Assembly (NCBI GenBank): GCA_965216535.1
Contig: OZ244175.1
Span: forward strand, 6,570,791-6,634,790
DNA: 64,000 bases
Direction of reading: 5' to 3'
Source of the DNA: Hoeflea sp.
Lineage (GTDB): Bacteria; Pseudomonadota; Alphaproteobacteria; Rhizobiales; Rhizobiaceae
Positions 48,103 through 58,278 of this stretch are shown in pieces; position 1 is the stretch's first letter; each line of letters begins with the position of its first letter. The translations under genes and the position numbers were made by a program. The notes under the pieces were generated by a model. That model made no database searches. It was given only the letters and a program-made list of their open reading frames with translations, and was not told where the DNA came from.

Positions 48103-49338
48103 ATGAACAGTGAAACGCTGATCCACGGGCACAAGGCGTTTGATCCGCCGGCCGGCGTGCCGGTCTGGGATGCCGATCCCTATGACGACGCCGTCCTGAA
48201 AGATGGGCGCCCATTCTTCAAAGCATTGCTGGAGAAAGGACCGTTTGCTTACCTGTCGCGATACGGCGTGCTTGCCTGCGGTCGCTACGACGTCACGAAG
48301 GAGGTGTTTTCCGATCACGAACGTTTCGTGTCGTCGCGCGGCGTTGGTCTTTCCGACTTCAAGCTCGAGAAACCATGGCGCCAACCCTCCGTCGTTCTTG
48401 AGGTCGACCCGCCCTATCACACCAAGACACGGCGCGTCATCATGCGGGCCCTGTCGCCCAAGGTGGTGCGCTCGTTGCGCGATGCTTTCAGGGATGATGC
48501 AGAACGTCTTGTTGATGACGTGGTGGCCCGGGGAGAGATCGAAGCCGTAACCGAGATCGCCGAAGCGTTTCCGACACGGGTGTTTCCGCGCGCCGTCGGA
48601 ATCAAGGAGCCCGATACCAGGAAACTCATCGACTACGGCGCGATGGTCTTCAATGCCATCGGACCCGACAATGAGCTGCGGCGGGCAAGCATGGCCAAGG
48701 GTCCGCAGATTGTGCCCTGGATCAATGAACAGTGCAGTCGCGACCGGCTGACCGGCGACGGGATCGGCGCAGCGATCTACGGCGCTTCCGACGACGGGGA
48801 GATCACCGAGGAGGAAGCGGGAATGCTCGTCCGGTCTCTCCTGTCGGCGGGCGTCGACACGACGGTTACCGGAATCGGCAACGCGCTGTGGTGCCTGGCC
48901 TCTAACCCGGGCGAGTACGAGAAACTCAGCCAGGATCCGGAGGGCTTGGCTCTTGCTGCGTTCGAGGAAACCCTGCGTTACACCTCGCCCGTTCAGGCCT
49001 TCTTCAGAACCGCTGGTGCAGATACGGAAGTCGCCGGCGTCCGGATCGAAGAGGGCACCAAGATCCTGTGCTTTCTCGGAGCGGCGAACATTGATCCGCA
49101 AAAATGGGATGACCCGGAGCGCTTCGACATATCGCGAACAACCATGGGGCATCTCGCCATGGGGGCCGGCATTCACACCTGTGTTGGCCAGAACATTGCC
49201 CGGGCGGAGGGACAGGCGGTGTTGCGGGCTCTGGCCGAACGGGTCGACCGCATCGAACTGACCGGAGAAGCGGTGTGGCGCCCCAACAACGCCATCCATG
49301 CACTCGACCGCCTGCCCCTTCGCCTGGTCGCCAAATAG
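48103..49338 (+). CDS. Cytochrome P450, CYP199A-like (para-substituted benzoate oxidase / O-demethylase family)
   Basis: SSRGVGLSDFKLEKPWRQPS..DPP, VRSLLSAGVDTT, SPVQAFFRT and heme Cys in HLAMGAGIHTCVG, matching CYP199A sequences as I recall them. Confidence 0.88.
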   Translation: MNSETLIHGHKAFDPPAGVPVWDADPYDDAVLKDGRPFFKALLEKGPFAYLSRYGVLACGRYDVTKEVFSDHERFVSSRGVGLSDFKLEKPWRQPSVVLEVDPPYHTKTRRVIMRALSPKVVRSLRDAFRDDAERLVDDVVARGEIEAVTEIAEAFPTRVFPRAVGIKEPDTRKLIDYGAMVFNAIGPDNELRRASMAKGPQIVPWINEQCSRDRLTGDGIGAAIYGASDDGEITEEEAGMLVRSLLSAGVDTTVTGIGNALWCLASNPGEYEKLSQDPEGLALAAFEETLRYTSPVQAFFRTAGADTEVAGVRIEEGTKILCFLGAANIDPQKWDDPERFDISRTTMGHLAMGAGIHTCVGQNIARAEGQAVLRALAERVDRIELTGEAVWRPNNAIHALDRLPLRLVAK

Positions 49339-49349
49339 GAAACACCATC

Positions 49350-49670
49350 ATGCCGAAAGTTACTTATGTGAGCGCGTCGGGTGTCGTGACGACCGTGGAA
49401 GCCGAGACCGGTTCCAACTTGATGGCGACGGCGCTTGCCAACGGCATCGAAGGCATCGCCGGCGAATGCGGTGGCGGCATGATGTGCGCCACGTGCCACT
49501 GCTTCGTCGATGAGGCATTTGCCGGTGGGTTGCCGGAACGCAGCGAAACCGAAGATGAAATGCTGGACTGCACGGCCACTGAACGGCGCGATACGAGCCG
49601 GCTCGCCTGCCAGATCGTGGTGGGACCCGACATCGACGGGATAGTCGTGCATCTTCCGGACGATCAGTAG
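49350..49670 (+). CDS. [2Fe-2S] ferredoxin, adrenodoxin/putidaredoxin type
   Basis: CGGGMMCATCH...SRLACQ; directly after the P450 gene. Confidence 0.93.
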   Translation: MPKVTYVSASGVVTTVEAETGSNLMATALANGIEGIAGECGGGMMCATCHCFVDEAFAGGLPERSETEDEMLDCTATERRDTSRLACQIVVGPDIDGIVVHLPDDQ

Positions 49671-49858
49671 TGACCGGAGTCTCTATTGTCGGAGCCGGCC
49701 AGAACAGGAACCTCCTGGGCAATCGAGACAGCAAAGTGCAATGGTGCCAACACGGCGGCCCGCACATTGCTTTCAGAAGGGGAACGCTTATCGTACGACC
49801 GAGTTGACGCGGCGGGCTTCTATCTGAAGGCCCTGAAGGTGAAGGCAATCACGATCGC

Positions 49859-50407
49859 ATGACCAAAACGGCTGTCACAACTGACGAGCAGGTGCACCTC
49901 GATCCGCTCGGCGATCCGGAGCGCTACTCCTCCCCCACACTGCTCAGGGAAGGCCGCGCCGTCATCAATGTCGCCAACTACATCCCCTATTTCTTTGCCG
50001 CGATCAACAATGCCCTCTCGCGTGGCGCGTCGGCGCGTTATCTGGATGAATTCGGCATCGGCATCGTGGAGTGGCGCATCGTCGCGATGCTGGCAATCGA
50101 ACCCAGAATTCCCGCTGCGCGCATCTGCGAAGTCGTCGCGCTGGACAAATCTGCCACCAGCCGCGGCCTGAAAAGCCTGTCCGACAAGAAAATGGTTTCC
50201 TTCGAAGAGCCGTCACGAGACGCAAGGCGTCGAATCTGGTGGCTCAGCGATTTGGGTTATGAAACCCACGACAGGATCCTGGAGATTGCGTTGGAGCGGG
50301 AACGTCGACTGCTGCAAGGCGTCGACCCCGCGGACCTGGAGATAGCGCTGCGTGTCATGCGCACGATGCGGCGTAATGTGCGCGACCTGGCGAGCGATGA
50401 AAACTGA
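49859..50407 (+). CDS. MarR-family regulator
   Basis: EWRIVAMLA..LDKSATSRGL..DARRR wHTH. Confidence 0.85.
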   Translation: MTKTAVTTDEQVHLDPLGDPERYSSPTLLREGRAVINVANYIPYFFAAINNALSRGASARYLDEFGIGIVEWRIVAMLAIEPRIPAARICEVVALDKSATSRGLKSLSDKKMVSFEEPSRDARRRIWWLSDLGYETHDRILEIALERERRLLQGVDPADLEIALRVMRTMRRNVRDLASDEN

Positions 50408-50457
50408 ACCCGACAGGATGCTCAGTCGCCGTCGCAGCAGGAAAGCGAATTGCGGCT

Positions 50458-51627
50458 TCAGGGGATATCTCCGATAAAATCGGCCAGCCTTGCAGCGGCA
50501 TCTTCCACCTGATCGAGACGCCGCAGGAAGCAGGCGCGAAAGAAGGATTCACCACCCGGACCAAAGCCGGAACCGGGGGCAAGGCCCACGCCGGTTTCGT
50601 CGACCAGACGCAACGCCGCTGACTGTGTATCGTCCATCCCGTCGATCGCGAAAAAAGCGTAGAACGAACCGTCCGGTGGCACCAGGCGCACCCGACCGGT
50701 TGCCAGCAGAGTTTGGCAGAGCGCCTGGCGCGCATCGGACGCCCGCTTTTTCTGCTGCTCGACATAAGGGTCGCCCTCATTCAATGCGGCGACCGCTCCC
50801 TGCTGCATAAAATGCGCCACCCCGGAGGTCGAATACTGAATCAGATTCTCAAACACCTGGCCAAGTTCTGCGGGAGCCCGGACCCAGCCGACGCGCCAGC
50901 CGGTCATTGACCAGTTCTTGGAGAAAGTGTTGACGAAGAGGATCCGGTCGTCGTCGTCCATGATGTCGAGAAAGGATGGGGCTCGGTGGCCGGAATAGTA
51001 GAAGCGGCTGTAGATCTCGTCGGCGATGATCCAGATACCGTGACGACGGGCCAGGTCGAGAATCGTCCGCAAGTCCGCCTCGCTGGCCACCCGGCCGGTC
51101 GGATTGGACGGCGTATTGATGAACAGCGCACGCGTCCGAGGGGTGATCGCGTCCGCGAAGCGCTGCAGATCCAATGACCATCCGGTATCCGTAAATTGCA
51201 TATTGACCGGTACGGCGTGCAAGCCGGAGATTTCAGCTGCCGCCGATATGTTCGGCCAGGAAGGCGATGCATAAACGATGTCGCTGCCCGGCGGGCACAA
51301 TGCCTCGACCGCCAGTTTGATGGCCTGCATTCCGGAGCCGGTGACGTAGAAATTCTCCGGATCATGGCGTCCGCCGAAGTGCCTGACAAAATAGTCAGCA
51401 AGCGCCTGGCGCAATGGAGGGATGCCGCGCTGCCACGTATAGAAGGTCTCGCCCGCTTCGAGCGAGCGAATGGTCGGTCGGGCAATGAACTCGGGCGTCG
51501 GCAGGTCGCCTTCGCCCACCCACAATGGGATCAGGTTTTCAACCTGCCTGCCATGGTTGACCACGGCAACGATGCCACTCTCCGGTGCTCCGCGCGCCAG
51601 CGGACTGATCTGATCGATGAAAGACAT
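50458..51627 (-). CDS. Class I/II PLP-dependent aminotransferase
   Basis: GEGD, NTPSNPTG, IADEIY, NTFSKNWSMTGWRVG. Confidence 0.92.
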   Translation of the reverse strand: MSFIDQISPLARGAPESGIVAVVNHGRQVENLIPLWVGEGDLPTPEFIARPTIRSLEAGETFYTWQRGIPPLRQALADYFVRHFGGRHDPENFYVTGSGMQAIKLAVEALCPPGSDIVYASPSWPNISAAAEISGLHAVPVNMQFTDTGWSLDLQRFADAITPRTRALFINTPSNPTGRVASEADLRTILDLARRHGIWIIADEIYSRFYYSGHRAPSFLDIMDDDDRILFVNTFSKNWSMTGWRVGWVRAPAELGQVFENLIQYSTSGVAHFMQQGAVAALNEGDPYVEQQKKRASDARQALCQTLLATGRVRLVPPDGSFYAFFAIDGMDDTQSAALRLVDETGVGLAPGSGFGPGGESFFRACFLRRLDQVEDAAARLADFIGDIP

Positions 51628-51765
51628 CAATTCTTCCCAAACACGGTTGTTGCTCCAACCGCGTTAGCGCGCAGCAGCACAAAAATCACATCACAATGCG
51701 TGATGATCCCATCGACTGCACTGATGGACGGGCCGCAGCTCAAGCCAGCGGCACCGCCCTTTGGG

Positions 51766-52179
51766 TCACTTCTTCAGCAGATCACGGATTTCCGTCAGCA
51801 GCTGAACATCCGCCGGGGGTGCGGCCGGGGCTGCCGGCTTTGCTTCTTCCTTGCGGCGCATGTTGTTGACTGCCTTGACCATCAGAAAAATGATCCAGGC
51901 CAGGATCAGAAAGTTGATCACCACGGTGATGAAGTTGCCGTAGGCAAAGACCGCACCCTGTTCGCGCGCGGCGTCCAGCGTCGTCGCCGTCACCGCGCTG
52001 CTGAGCGGGACAAAGTAGTCGGAGAAGTCGAAGCCGCCAAAAATCGCGCCGACGATCGGCATGATAACGTCGTCCGTCAGTGATTTGACGATCAGCCCGA
52101 AGGCCCCGCCGATGATCACCCCGACAGCCAGGTCCATAACGTTGCCCTTGGCAACGAACTCCTTGAACTCATTGAACAT
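51766..52179 (-). CDS. mscL: Large-conductance mechanosensitive channel
   Basis: [34 protein letters not shown]. Confidence 0.97.
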   Translation of the reverse strand: MFNEFKEFVAKGNVMDLAVGVIIGGAFGLIVKSLTDDVIMPIVGAIFGGFDFSDYFVPLSSAVTATTLDAAREQGAVFAYGNFITVVINFLILAWIIFLMVKAVNNMRRKEEAKPAAPAAPPADVQLLTEIRDLLKK

Positions 52180-52340
52180 TTGTTTTCCCCTCTTTGAATA
52201 CCCTGTCGAATTCCAAGCCCACCTGATCAACTGTCGGCGTCTACTACCCACAAGTCAATACAACACGTCTTTCGTCTGATTTGCCCGCGTGAGATTTGTG
52301 TCTATGCTGCGCAAACGACTGAAAAGAAGGAGTTTCTCTC

Positions 52341-55300
52341 TTGCTGCCTGGATGGGCCATCGTCAGTTCGGCCCTGCTTTACCTTGTGCTGCTGTTCGCC
52401 ATTGCCAGCTATGGCGATCGCAAGACCGCGGCCAAGCGCAATGAGGGGCGCGGCCGGCCGCTGATCTACGCGCTTAGCCTGGCCGTTTATTGCACGTCCT
52501 GGACCTACTTTGGCGGCGTTGGGCTGGCCGCGGAGCGCGGGTATGAATTCCTGGCGATCTATATCGGCCCGATTTTGATGTTTACTGTCGGAATGCCGGT
52601 GATCCGACGGATCGTCAATCTGGCCAAGGCGGAAAAACTTACGTCGATCGCCGACTTCATGGCTGCGCGTTACGGCAAGAACCCAACCGTCGCAGGCATC
52701 GTCGCTCTTATTGCCGTGATCGGGACAATCCCGTACATCGCCCTGCAGCTGAAGGCAGTGTCCTCGTCCGTCGAAATCATCATGTCAGACGCGACGCTTG
52801 CTCAGCAGGGCCCGTTTTTCCTGACCGACATATCTCTGGTGGTGGCACTGCTTCTGGCCGGCTTCGCGGTGATTTTCGGCACCCGCCACGCCGATGCGAC
52901 GGAACACCAGAACGGACTGATTCTCGCAATCGCGACGGAATCAGTGGTCAAACTGTTCGCCTTCACAGCCGTCGGCCTTTTCGTCACGTTCTTCCTGTTT
53001 TCTGGACCGGCCGACCTGATGGAAAAAGCCCGAGAGAGCGAACGGGTAATGGCATCGCTTGCCTATGAGACTGCGCCCGCACGGTGGATCGTGCTGACCA
53101 TGCTGTCAGCACTGGCAATCATCTTCCTGCCGCGGCAGTTCCACGTCACAGTGGTGGAAAACCGCACCGAAAGCGAGCTGCGCACCGCCCGTTACCTGTT
53201 TCCCCTTTACCTGATTGCCATCAACATTTTCGTCATTCCGATCGCCATTGCCGGGCTGTTGACTTACGGTGGCACCGGGATCGGCGACCAGTTCGTGCTG
53301 TTATTGCCGTTGTCGCAGGATGTCTCCTGGCTGTCGCTGGCCACATTCATCGGCGGTTTTTCGGCAGCGACCGCCATGGTCATCGTCGCCTCGGTCGCCG
53401 TCGCCATCATGATATCCAACGATCTGGTCATTCCGTTCCTTGTGCGTCGCAACCTGCTGCAGCGCGACGGTGATTGGAGTGACTTTACCGGCGCCATTCT
53501 GAAGATCCGTCGTACCGCCATCTTCTGTATCCTGCTGCTCGGTTATGCCTATTATCGGGCGGCGACCGTCAATGCAGGCCTCGCTTCGATTGGCCTTTTG
53601 TCGTTCGCCGCGATCGCCCAGTTCGCGCCAGCCATGTTCGGAGGATTGATCTGGAAACGTGCCAATGCACGCGGCGCCATTGCCGGCCTGACGGCCGGCA
53701 TGCTGGTCTGGGTCTATCTGCTGCTGTTGCCGAGCCTTGGGGGCCCTGACAATTCAGCCGCTGCCGCCGCCGTGCTTGATTTTGTCGTCCCCGGCACACA
53801 AGCCTTCTCCGGAGCCAATCTCGATCCTCTGGTCAACGGGGTCATTCTAAGCCTTGCCGCGAACCTTGCTCTATTCGTCTTCGGCTCACTCAGCCGACCA
53901 GCTCGCTCGCTGGAACGCTTGCAGGCCGGCGTCTTCATTTCGCAGCGGGCCATGGCGCGCCCGGCCCGCAACGACATGCAGACCGACATCACCGTCAAGC
54001 AACTCAAGCAGGCAATTACCAAATATGTCGGGGCTCAGCGCACCGAGCGCTCGTTCCACACTTTCGAGTTGACCCACGGCCGCTGGCTGGAGCCCACCGC
54101 CCCGGCCGATATGGAATTGGTGCGCTATGCGGAGCAACTGCTCGGCAGCGCCATCGGATCGGCCTCCGCCCGGCTGGTTCTGTCACTGCTATTCCAGAAG
54201 GACGACGACCACTCCTCCGATACCGCGAGGCTGCTCGACGAAGCTTCCGAGGCGCTGCAATACAATCGCGATCTGCTGCAGTCGGCGCTGGGTCAGATGG
54301 ACCAAGGCATTACAGTGTTCGACAGCTCCAACCGTCTGAGCGTCTGGAACCGCCGCTTCCGCTCGCTGCTCGATCTGCCGGAATCTGTCGGTCAGGTGGG
54401 CATACCGCTGGAGGATATCGTCACCATTCTGGCCGAACGTGGTGACATCAAAACCGGTCAGGTTCGCAGGACCATCGACAATTTTCTGACGATGGACATG
54501 TCTTGGACTCTGACTTTGGCGCAATCGCAACGCATCATCGAAATTCGCTCCAACACGATGCCGGACAACGGCGTGGTCACGACTTACGCGGACATTACAG
54601 AGCGCGTCGCCTCAGCTAAGGCGTTGCGCCAGGCTAACGAAACGCTTGAGCAACGTGTTGCCACCCGAACCGCGGAACTGGTTCGCGTCAACGAGGAACT
54701 GGCGCAGGCCCGAGCCACTGCAGAGGAAGCCAACCTCGGCAAGACACGCTTCCTGGCCGGAGCCGGACACGACATCCTGCAACCGCTCAATGCCGCCCGC
54801 CTCTATTCGTCTGCGTTGGTCGAGCGGCTCGGAGAATCGGACAATCAGGAACTGGTGCGCAACATCGACTCATCTTTGGAGTCGGTCGAATCCATCCTCG
54901 GTGCGGTGCTCGACATCTCTCGCCTCGACACAGGTGCGATGACGCCGCAGATCAACAGTTTCCCGCTTAATGACGTGCTGCGTCGGATCGATACCGATTT
55001 CCAGCCACTGGCAGCAGAAAACAATCTGCAACTGAAGGTCATGCCGACTTCGGTGATGGTGCGTTCCGATCCGAATCTGCTGCGGCGACTGATCCAAAAC
55101 CTGGTCTCAAACGCAATCAAATACACTCAGCACGGCCGTGTCCTGGTGGGTGTCAGACGGGCCGGCAAAAAGGTGTTCCTGCAAGTCATCGATACCGGTA
55201 TTGGCATCCCGACCGATAGTCAGCAGACGGTCTTCAAGGAATTCACCCGCCTGGATGAAGGCGCGAAAACTGCCGCCGGCCTGGGTCTCGGCCTGTCGAT

Positions 55301-55847
55301 CGTTGACCGAATCGCCCGGGTGCTCGATCACCCGGTTCACCTGTCCTCAGAGCCGGGTGGCGGAACCAGTTTTCGGGTGGAAATACCGATCGAGACAGAA
55401 ATTCCGCGCATGCCGACCGGGAAACTCAGGCCAAAAGTCGCGCAGGCCACGTTCATTCTCGACGGTTTGACCGTTTTGTGTATCGACAATGAACCGCAGA
55501 TCCTCGACGGACTGACGCAGCTCCTGGGCGGTTGGAACTGCACCGTAGAGACATGTGAATCCCTCTCTGAAGTTGGCCAGTATCTGAACGGGCAACACCT
55601 ACCACCGGATGCCGTTATCGCAGACTACCATCTGGGTGATGGCGATGGCCTCGAGGCGATCGCCCTGGTGCGTGACCGATGGGGTTCGGATGTTCCAGCA
55701 ATTCTGGCAACAGCCGATCGAACGCATGACGTGCGCAACAGCGCTGAAGCCATGTCAATTTCGGTGTTCAACAAACCGTTGAAACCGGCTGCCCTGCGCG
55801 CCTATCTCAATCAGATCGCTGCGGCGCGCAAATCAGCTGCGGAATAG
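52341..55847 (+). CDS. Sodium:solute symporter-PAS hybrid histidine kinase (CrbS/PrlS-like)
   Basis: SSF domain (LSLAVYCTSWTYFG, PYIALQLKA), PAS, H-box GHDILQPL, NAIKY, DTGIG, GLGLGL, C-terminal receiver. Confidence 0.92.
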   Translation: MLPGWAIVSSALLYLVLLFAIASYGDRKTAAKRNEGRGRPLIYALSLAVYCTSWTYFGGVGLAAERGYEFLAIYIGPILMFTVGMPVIRRIVNLAKAEKLTSIADFMAARYGKNPTVAGIVALIAVIGTIPYIALQLKAVSSSVEIIMSDATLAQQGPFFLTDISLVVALLLAGFAVIFGTRHADATEHQNGLILAIATESVVKLFAFTAVGLFVTFFLFSGPADLMEKARESERVMASLAYETAPARWIVLTMLSALAIIFLPRQFHVTVVENRTESELRTARYLFPLYLIAINIFVIPIAIAGLLTYGGTGIGDQFVLLLPLSQDVSWLSLATFIGGFSAATAMVIVASVAVAIMISNDLVIPFLVRRNLLQRDGDWSDFTGAILKIRRTAIFCILLLGYAYYRAATVNAGLASIGLLSFAAIAQFAPAMFGGLIWKRANARGAIAGLTAGMLVWVYLLLLPSLGGPDNSAAAAAVLDFVVPGTQAFSGANLDPLVNGVILSLAANLALFVFGSLSRPARSLERLQAGVFISQRAMARPARNDMQTDITVKQLKQAITKYVGAQRTERSFHTFELTHGRWLEPTAPADMELVRYAEQLLGSAIGSASARLVLSLLFQKDDDHSSDTARLLDEASEALQYNRDLLQSALGQMDQGITVFDSSNRLSVWNRRFRSLLDLPESVGQVGIPLEDIVTILAERGDIKTGQVRRTIDNFLTMDMSWTLTLAQSQRIIEIRSNTMPDNGVVTTYADITERVASAKALRQANETLEQRVATRTAELVRVNEELAQARATAEEANLGKTRFLAGAGHDILQPLNAARLYSSALVERLGESDNQELVRNIDSSLESVESILGAVLDISRLDTGAMTPQINSFPLNDVLRRIDTDFQPLAAENNLQLKVMPTSVMVRSDPNLLRRLIQNLVSNAIKYTQHGRVLVGVRRAGKKVFLQVIDTGIGIPTDSQQTVFKEFTRLDEGAKTAAGLGLGLSIVDRIARVLDHPVHLSSEPGGGTSFRVEIPIETEIPRMPTGKLRPKVAQATFILDGLTVLCIDNEPQILDGLTQLLGGWNCTVETCESLSEVGQYLNGQHLPPDAVIADYHLGDGDGLEAIALVRDRWGSDVPAILATADRTHDVRNSAEAMSISVFNKPLKPAALRAYLNQIAAARKSAAE

Positions 55848-55862
55848 ACGAAATTGCTTTCC

Positions 55863-56528
55863 TTAGGCTGAATGTTCCTGGTCCCGGTCGAGCAGGTCGG
55901 CGCCGATCTTGGAGAGCTGGATGACGGCCTGCGTGCGACTGTCGACGGCCAGCTTCTGCAGGACCGCTGAAACGTGTGCCTTGATGGTGGCTTCCGAAAC
56001 GCCGAGCTCAAAGGCAATCTGTTTGTTCAGCAGCCCCTCTGCCAGCATCCCAAGGACACGGCTTTGCTGCGGGGTCAGCGTCTGCAACCGACCGATCAAA
56101 TCGGCAATCTCCGGATCCTGTTCAGCGCCAAGGTCGAAATCGCTCGGCGTCCACACATCGCCACCGAGAACGGCGCGAATCCCCTCGCGGATTTCATCAA
56201 TGCTTGCCGATTTGGAGATGAATCCGGATGCGCCGAGATCCAGCGCCCTGCGAATTGTCGCCGGATCATCCGACGCGGAGACGATGACCACCGGCAGTCC
56301 AACATACTCGGCCCGTAGCGCTATCAGGCCAGACAGGCCGCTCACTCCCGGCATCGTCAGATCGAGCAACATTAAATCGGCTTCCGGATGGTCAGCTGCC
56401 GCTTGTCGCGCCGCCTGGAAATCGCCTGCTTCGACAATCTCCAATCCTTCCTCAAGGCCCGTCAATGCCTGCCGAAGGGCTCCCCTGAATAATGGATGAT
56501 CGTCCGCGATCACTATGGTCTTGGTCAA
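55863..56528 (-). CDS. LuxR/NarL-family response regulator (CrbR/PrlR-like)
   Basis: IADDHPLFR, LLDLTMP, LTPQQ..GLLNKQIA..TIKAHV; TTG start after GAGG; convergent on the kinase gene. Confidence 0.9.
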   Translation of the reverse strand: MTKTIVIADDHPLFRGALRQALTGLEEGLEIVEAGDFQAARQAAADHPEADLMLLDLTMPGVSGLSGLIALRAEYVGLPVVIVSASDDPATIRRALDLGASGFISKSASIDEIREGIRAVLGGDVWTPSDFDLGAEQDPEIADLIGRLQTLTPQQSRVLGMLAEGLLNKQIAFELGVSEATIKAHVSAVLQKLAVDSRTQAVIQLSKIGADLLDRDQEHSA

Positions 56529-56776
56529 ATCCTCGCCCCCCTCCCAGAGGTCACGGACCCAGATGCACTTCCTCCCACCCTGAACCCGCTCGGTTCGACC
56601 GGCCTTGGTCCCGGGACCGCCCGCAGAAGCTGGAGCGTGGGAAGGGCGAAAGGCAGTCCCTTTCCGCGCCGTCACCATGAGCTACCGGTTTCGACTCAGT
56701 ATTACCGGTTCGGCCGGCCTTTGACCATAAGCTCGACCAAGACACTGGAAACCGTCAATGACCTCAGGAGACCAAC

Positions 56777-57049
56777 TTAGAGCAAAGGGCGATAAGTTTG
56801 CACCATTTGACCGTGGCGATTTTGGTCTCTGGCTAGGCGGATTGCAGGCCGTGGTGCCAACCCACCACAAGTGCAAGCCAACGACGCCAGGGGCCAAAAG
56901 CGCCCGGCCCGAAGGGTGGCTGCATATCGGCCCATCGGCTGCGTTGCGCCGCTTGCCCGATGCACCACATCGCGCTGCGCGACGCGCCTAGCCGAGTGGA
57001 GCCGATCTGCAGCCATCAAATGATCCAATCTTATCGCCCTTTGCTCTAA
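56777..57049. mobile_element. MITE-like element, copy A (273 bp)
   Basis: Perfect 20-bp terminal inverted repeats TTAGAGCAAAGGGCGATAAG / CTTATCGCCCTTTGCTCTAA with TA at both ends. No transposase. About 95% identical to the reverse complement of 62876-63147. Confidence 0.85.
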
Positions 57050-57269
57050 CCGGGCTACGAAGGTTTCTCGCCGAATCGGAAGTGCTGCAGCCGGTACATC
57101 GTTCGGTGCGGAATCCGAACCTCTCGGCCTTTTTCAGCGCCGATTCAAGACGATCATATTCGCCGAGATAGATTCTACCGTAGAAATCGGGCAGATCCGG
57201 GCAAAATGCCGAACGAACCTTGCGGATTCCATTCCTGTTTGGAAGATCGTCGAGAAAATAGCTGGCCAT
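56988..57269 (-). CDS. Small Cys-containing protein whose C-terminus is supplied by the MITE
   Basis: AGGA RBS; NG..KV...C..P...RIYLG...CxxC pattern. The last ~20 codons lie inside MITE A. Confidence 0.65.
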   Translation of the reverse strand: MASYFLDDLPNRNGIRKVRSAFCPDLPDFYGRIYLGEYDRLESALKKAERFGFRTERCTGCSTSDSARNLRSPVRAKGDKIGSFDGCRSAPLG

Positions 57270-57425
57270 GGGCGGCGTCCTTCTGAAAGGTAACGCTTAT
57301 GCGGCCCACAGCCCGGCCACTTGTTTCTAGCGTTCGAATCACGTCGCCCCGGATTCGGTTGAATAATAGCGCCGGTTTCAATCAGCGGCAAATCGGTTTG
57401 GATATTGTGTTTTGCCGAGCTGTTG

Positions 57426-57836
57426 TCAACCAGCCTGGCCGTCCGAATTCCTGCCTTCGAATTCTTCGATGACACCGAGAAACCGCCGCATCATGTTCTC
57501 CATGATGCCCATGGTCCGGTCGATCTCGTCCTCCGTCGGCAACCCATTGTCGAGTGTGCGTCCCTCGGTCGCCAGCGCCTCTTCCAATTTGTCGATGCGT
57601 TCCTCGAGAAGTGTGATCTCATCCTCGAACACACGCCGCTCATCGGCTGCCAGTCGACACACGATTTGTTCTTCCTGCATCCGACACAGAGACATTTCGC
57701 CGGTCTGCGTATCAAGACGCACGAAGCCGCCTTCGGCGCGCTCCATGGTGAAGCGACCCTCATTGGCCCACGCCGCCGGCATGCCCATGGTGACAAGCCC
57801 GAGGATCAGCAAAGTTCCTGAAACAAAGCGGTTCAT
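57426..57836 (-). CDS. Conserved hypothetical exported protein
   Basis: Signal peptide, GRFTME..GFVRLDTQTGEMSLC, coiled-coil; divergent from DUF952-pyrD. Confidence 0.75.
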   Translation of the reverse strand: MNRFVSGTLLILGLVTMGMPAAWANEGRFTMERAEGGFVRLDTQTGEMSLCRMQEEQIVCRLAADERRVFEDEITLLEERIDKLEEALATEGRTLDNGLPTEDEIDRTMGIMENMMRRFLGVIEEFEGRNSDGQAG

Positions 57837-57936
57837 ATCGGCTTTACCCCCGTGATTTCCGCAACATCTACGTATAGGTATCACAAAATCGCGCCGAAAA
57901 TGCGAAGTACGGCGCCAAGAGCCGAAGATCCGAAGT

Positions 57937-58278
57937 ATGAGCATCATCTACAAAATCGTTCCCAAGGACCTCTGGGCAAAGGCCGAAGCTGAGGGGACCT
58001 TTACCGGCGCCGCTATCGACCTGGAGGATGGTTACATCCACTTTTCGACCGCCGACCAGGTGGCTCAAACGGCCGCATTGCATTTTTCCGGCCAGCGAGA
58101 CCTGCTTTTGGTCGCCGTCGATGATGAACTGTTCGGCGATACACTCAAATATGAACCGTCGCGAGGTGGAGATCTCTTTCCGCATCTCTACGGCGATCTG
58201 CCACTGGATCGGGTTCATTGGGTCCAGCCCATGCCGCTGGGCCCGGACGATGTTCATGTGATGCCGGATCTCGGCTGA
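57937..58278 (+). CDS. DUF952 family protein
   Basis: IYKI, DLEDGYIHFST, LFPHLYG; stop overlaps the pyrD start. Confidence 0.9.
   Translation: MSIIYKIVPKDLWAKAEAEGTFTGAAIDLEDGYIHFSTADQVAQTAALHFSGQRDLLLVAVDDELFGDTLKYEPSRGGDLFPHLYGDLPLDRVHWVQPMPLGPDDVHVMPDLG

Noticed and set aside
48034-49299. 421-aa minus-strand ORF
   Set aside because: Shadow of the P450 gene.
56777-57028. ORFs inside both MITE copies as a transposase or conserved peptide
   Set aside because: Too short, no DDE features, and the frame is broken by a 1-bp indel between the copies.
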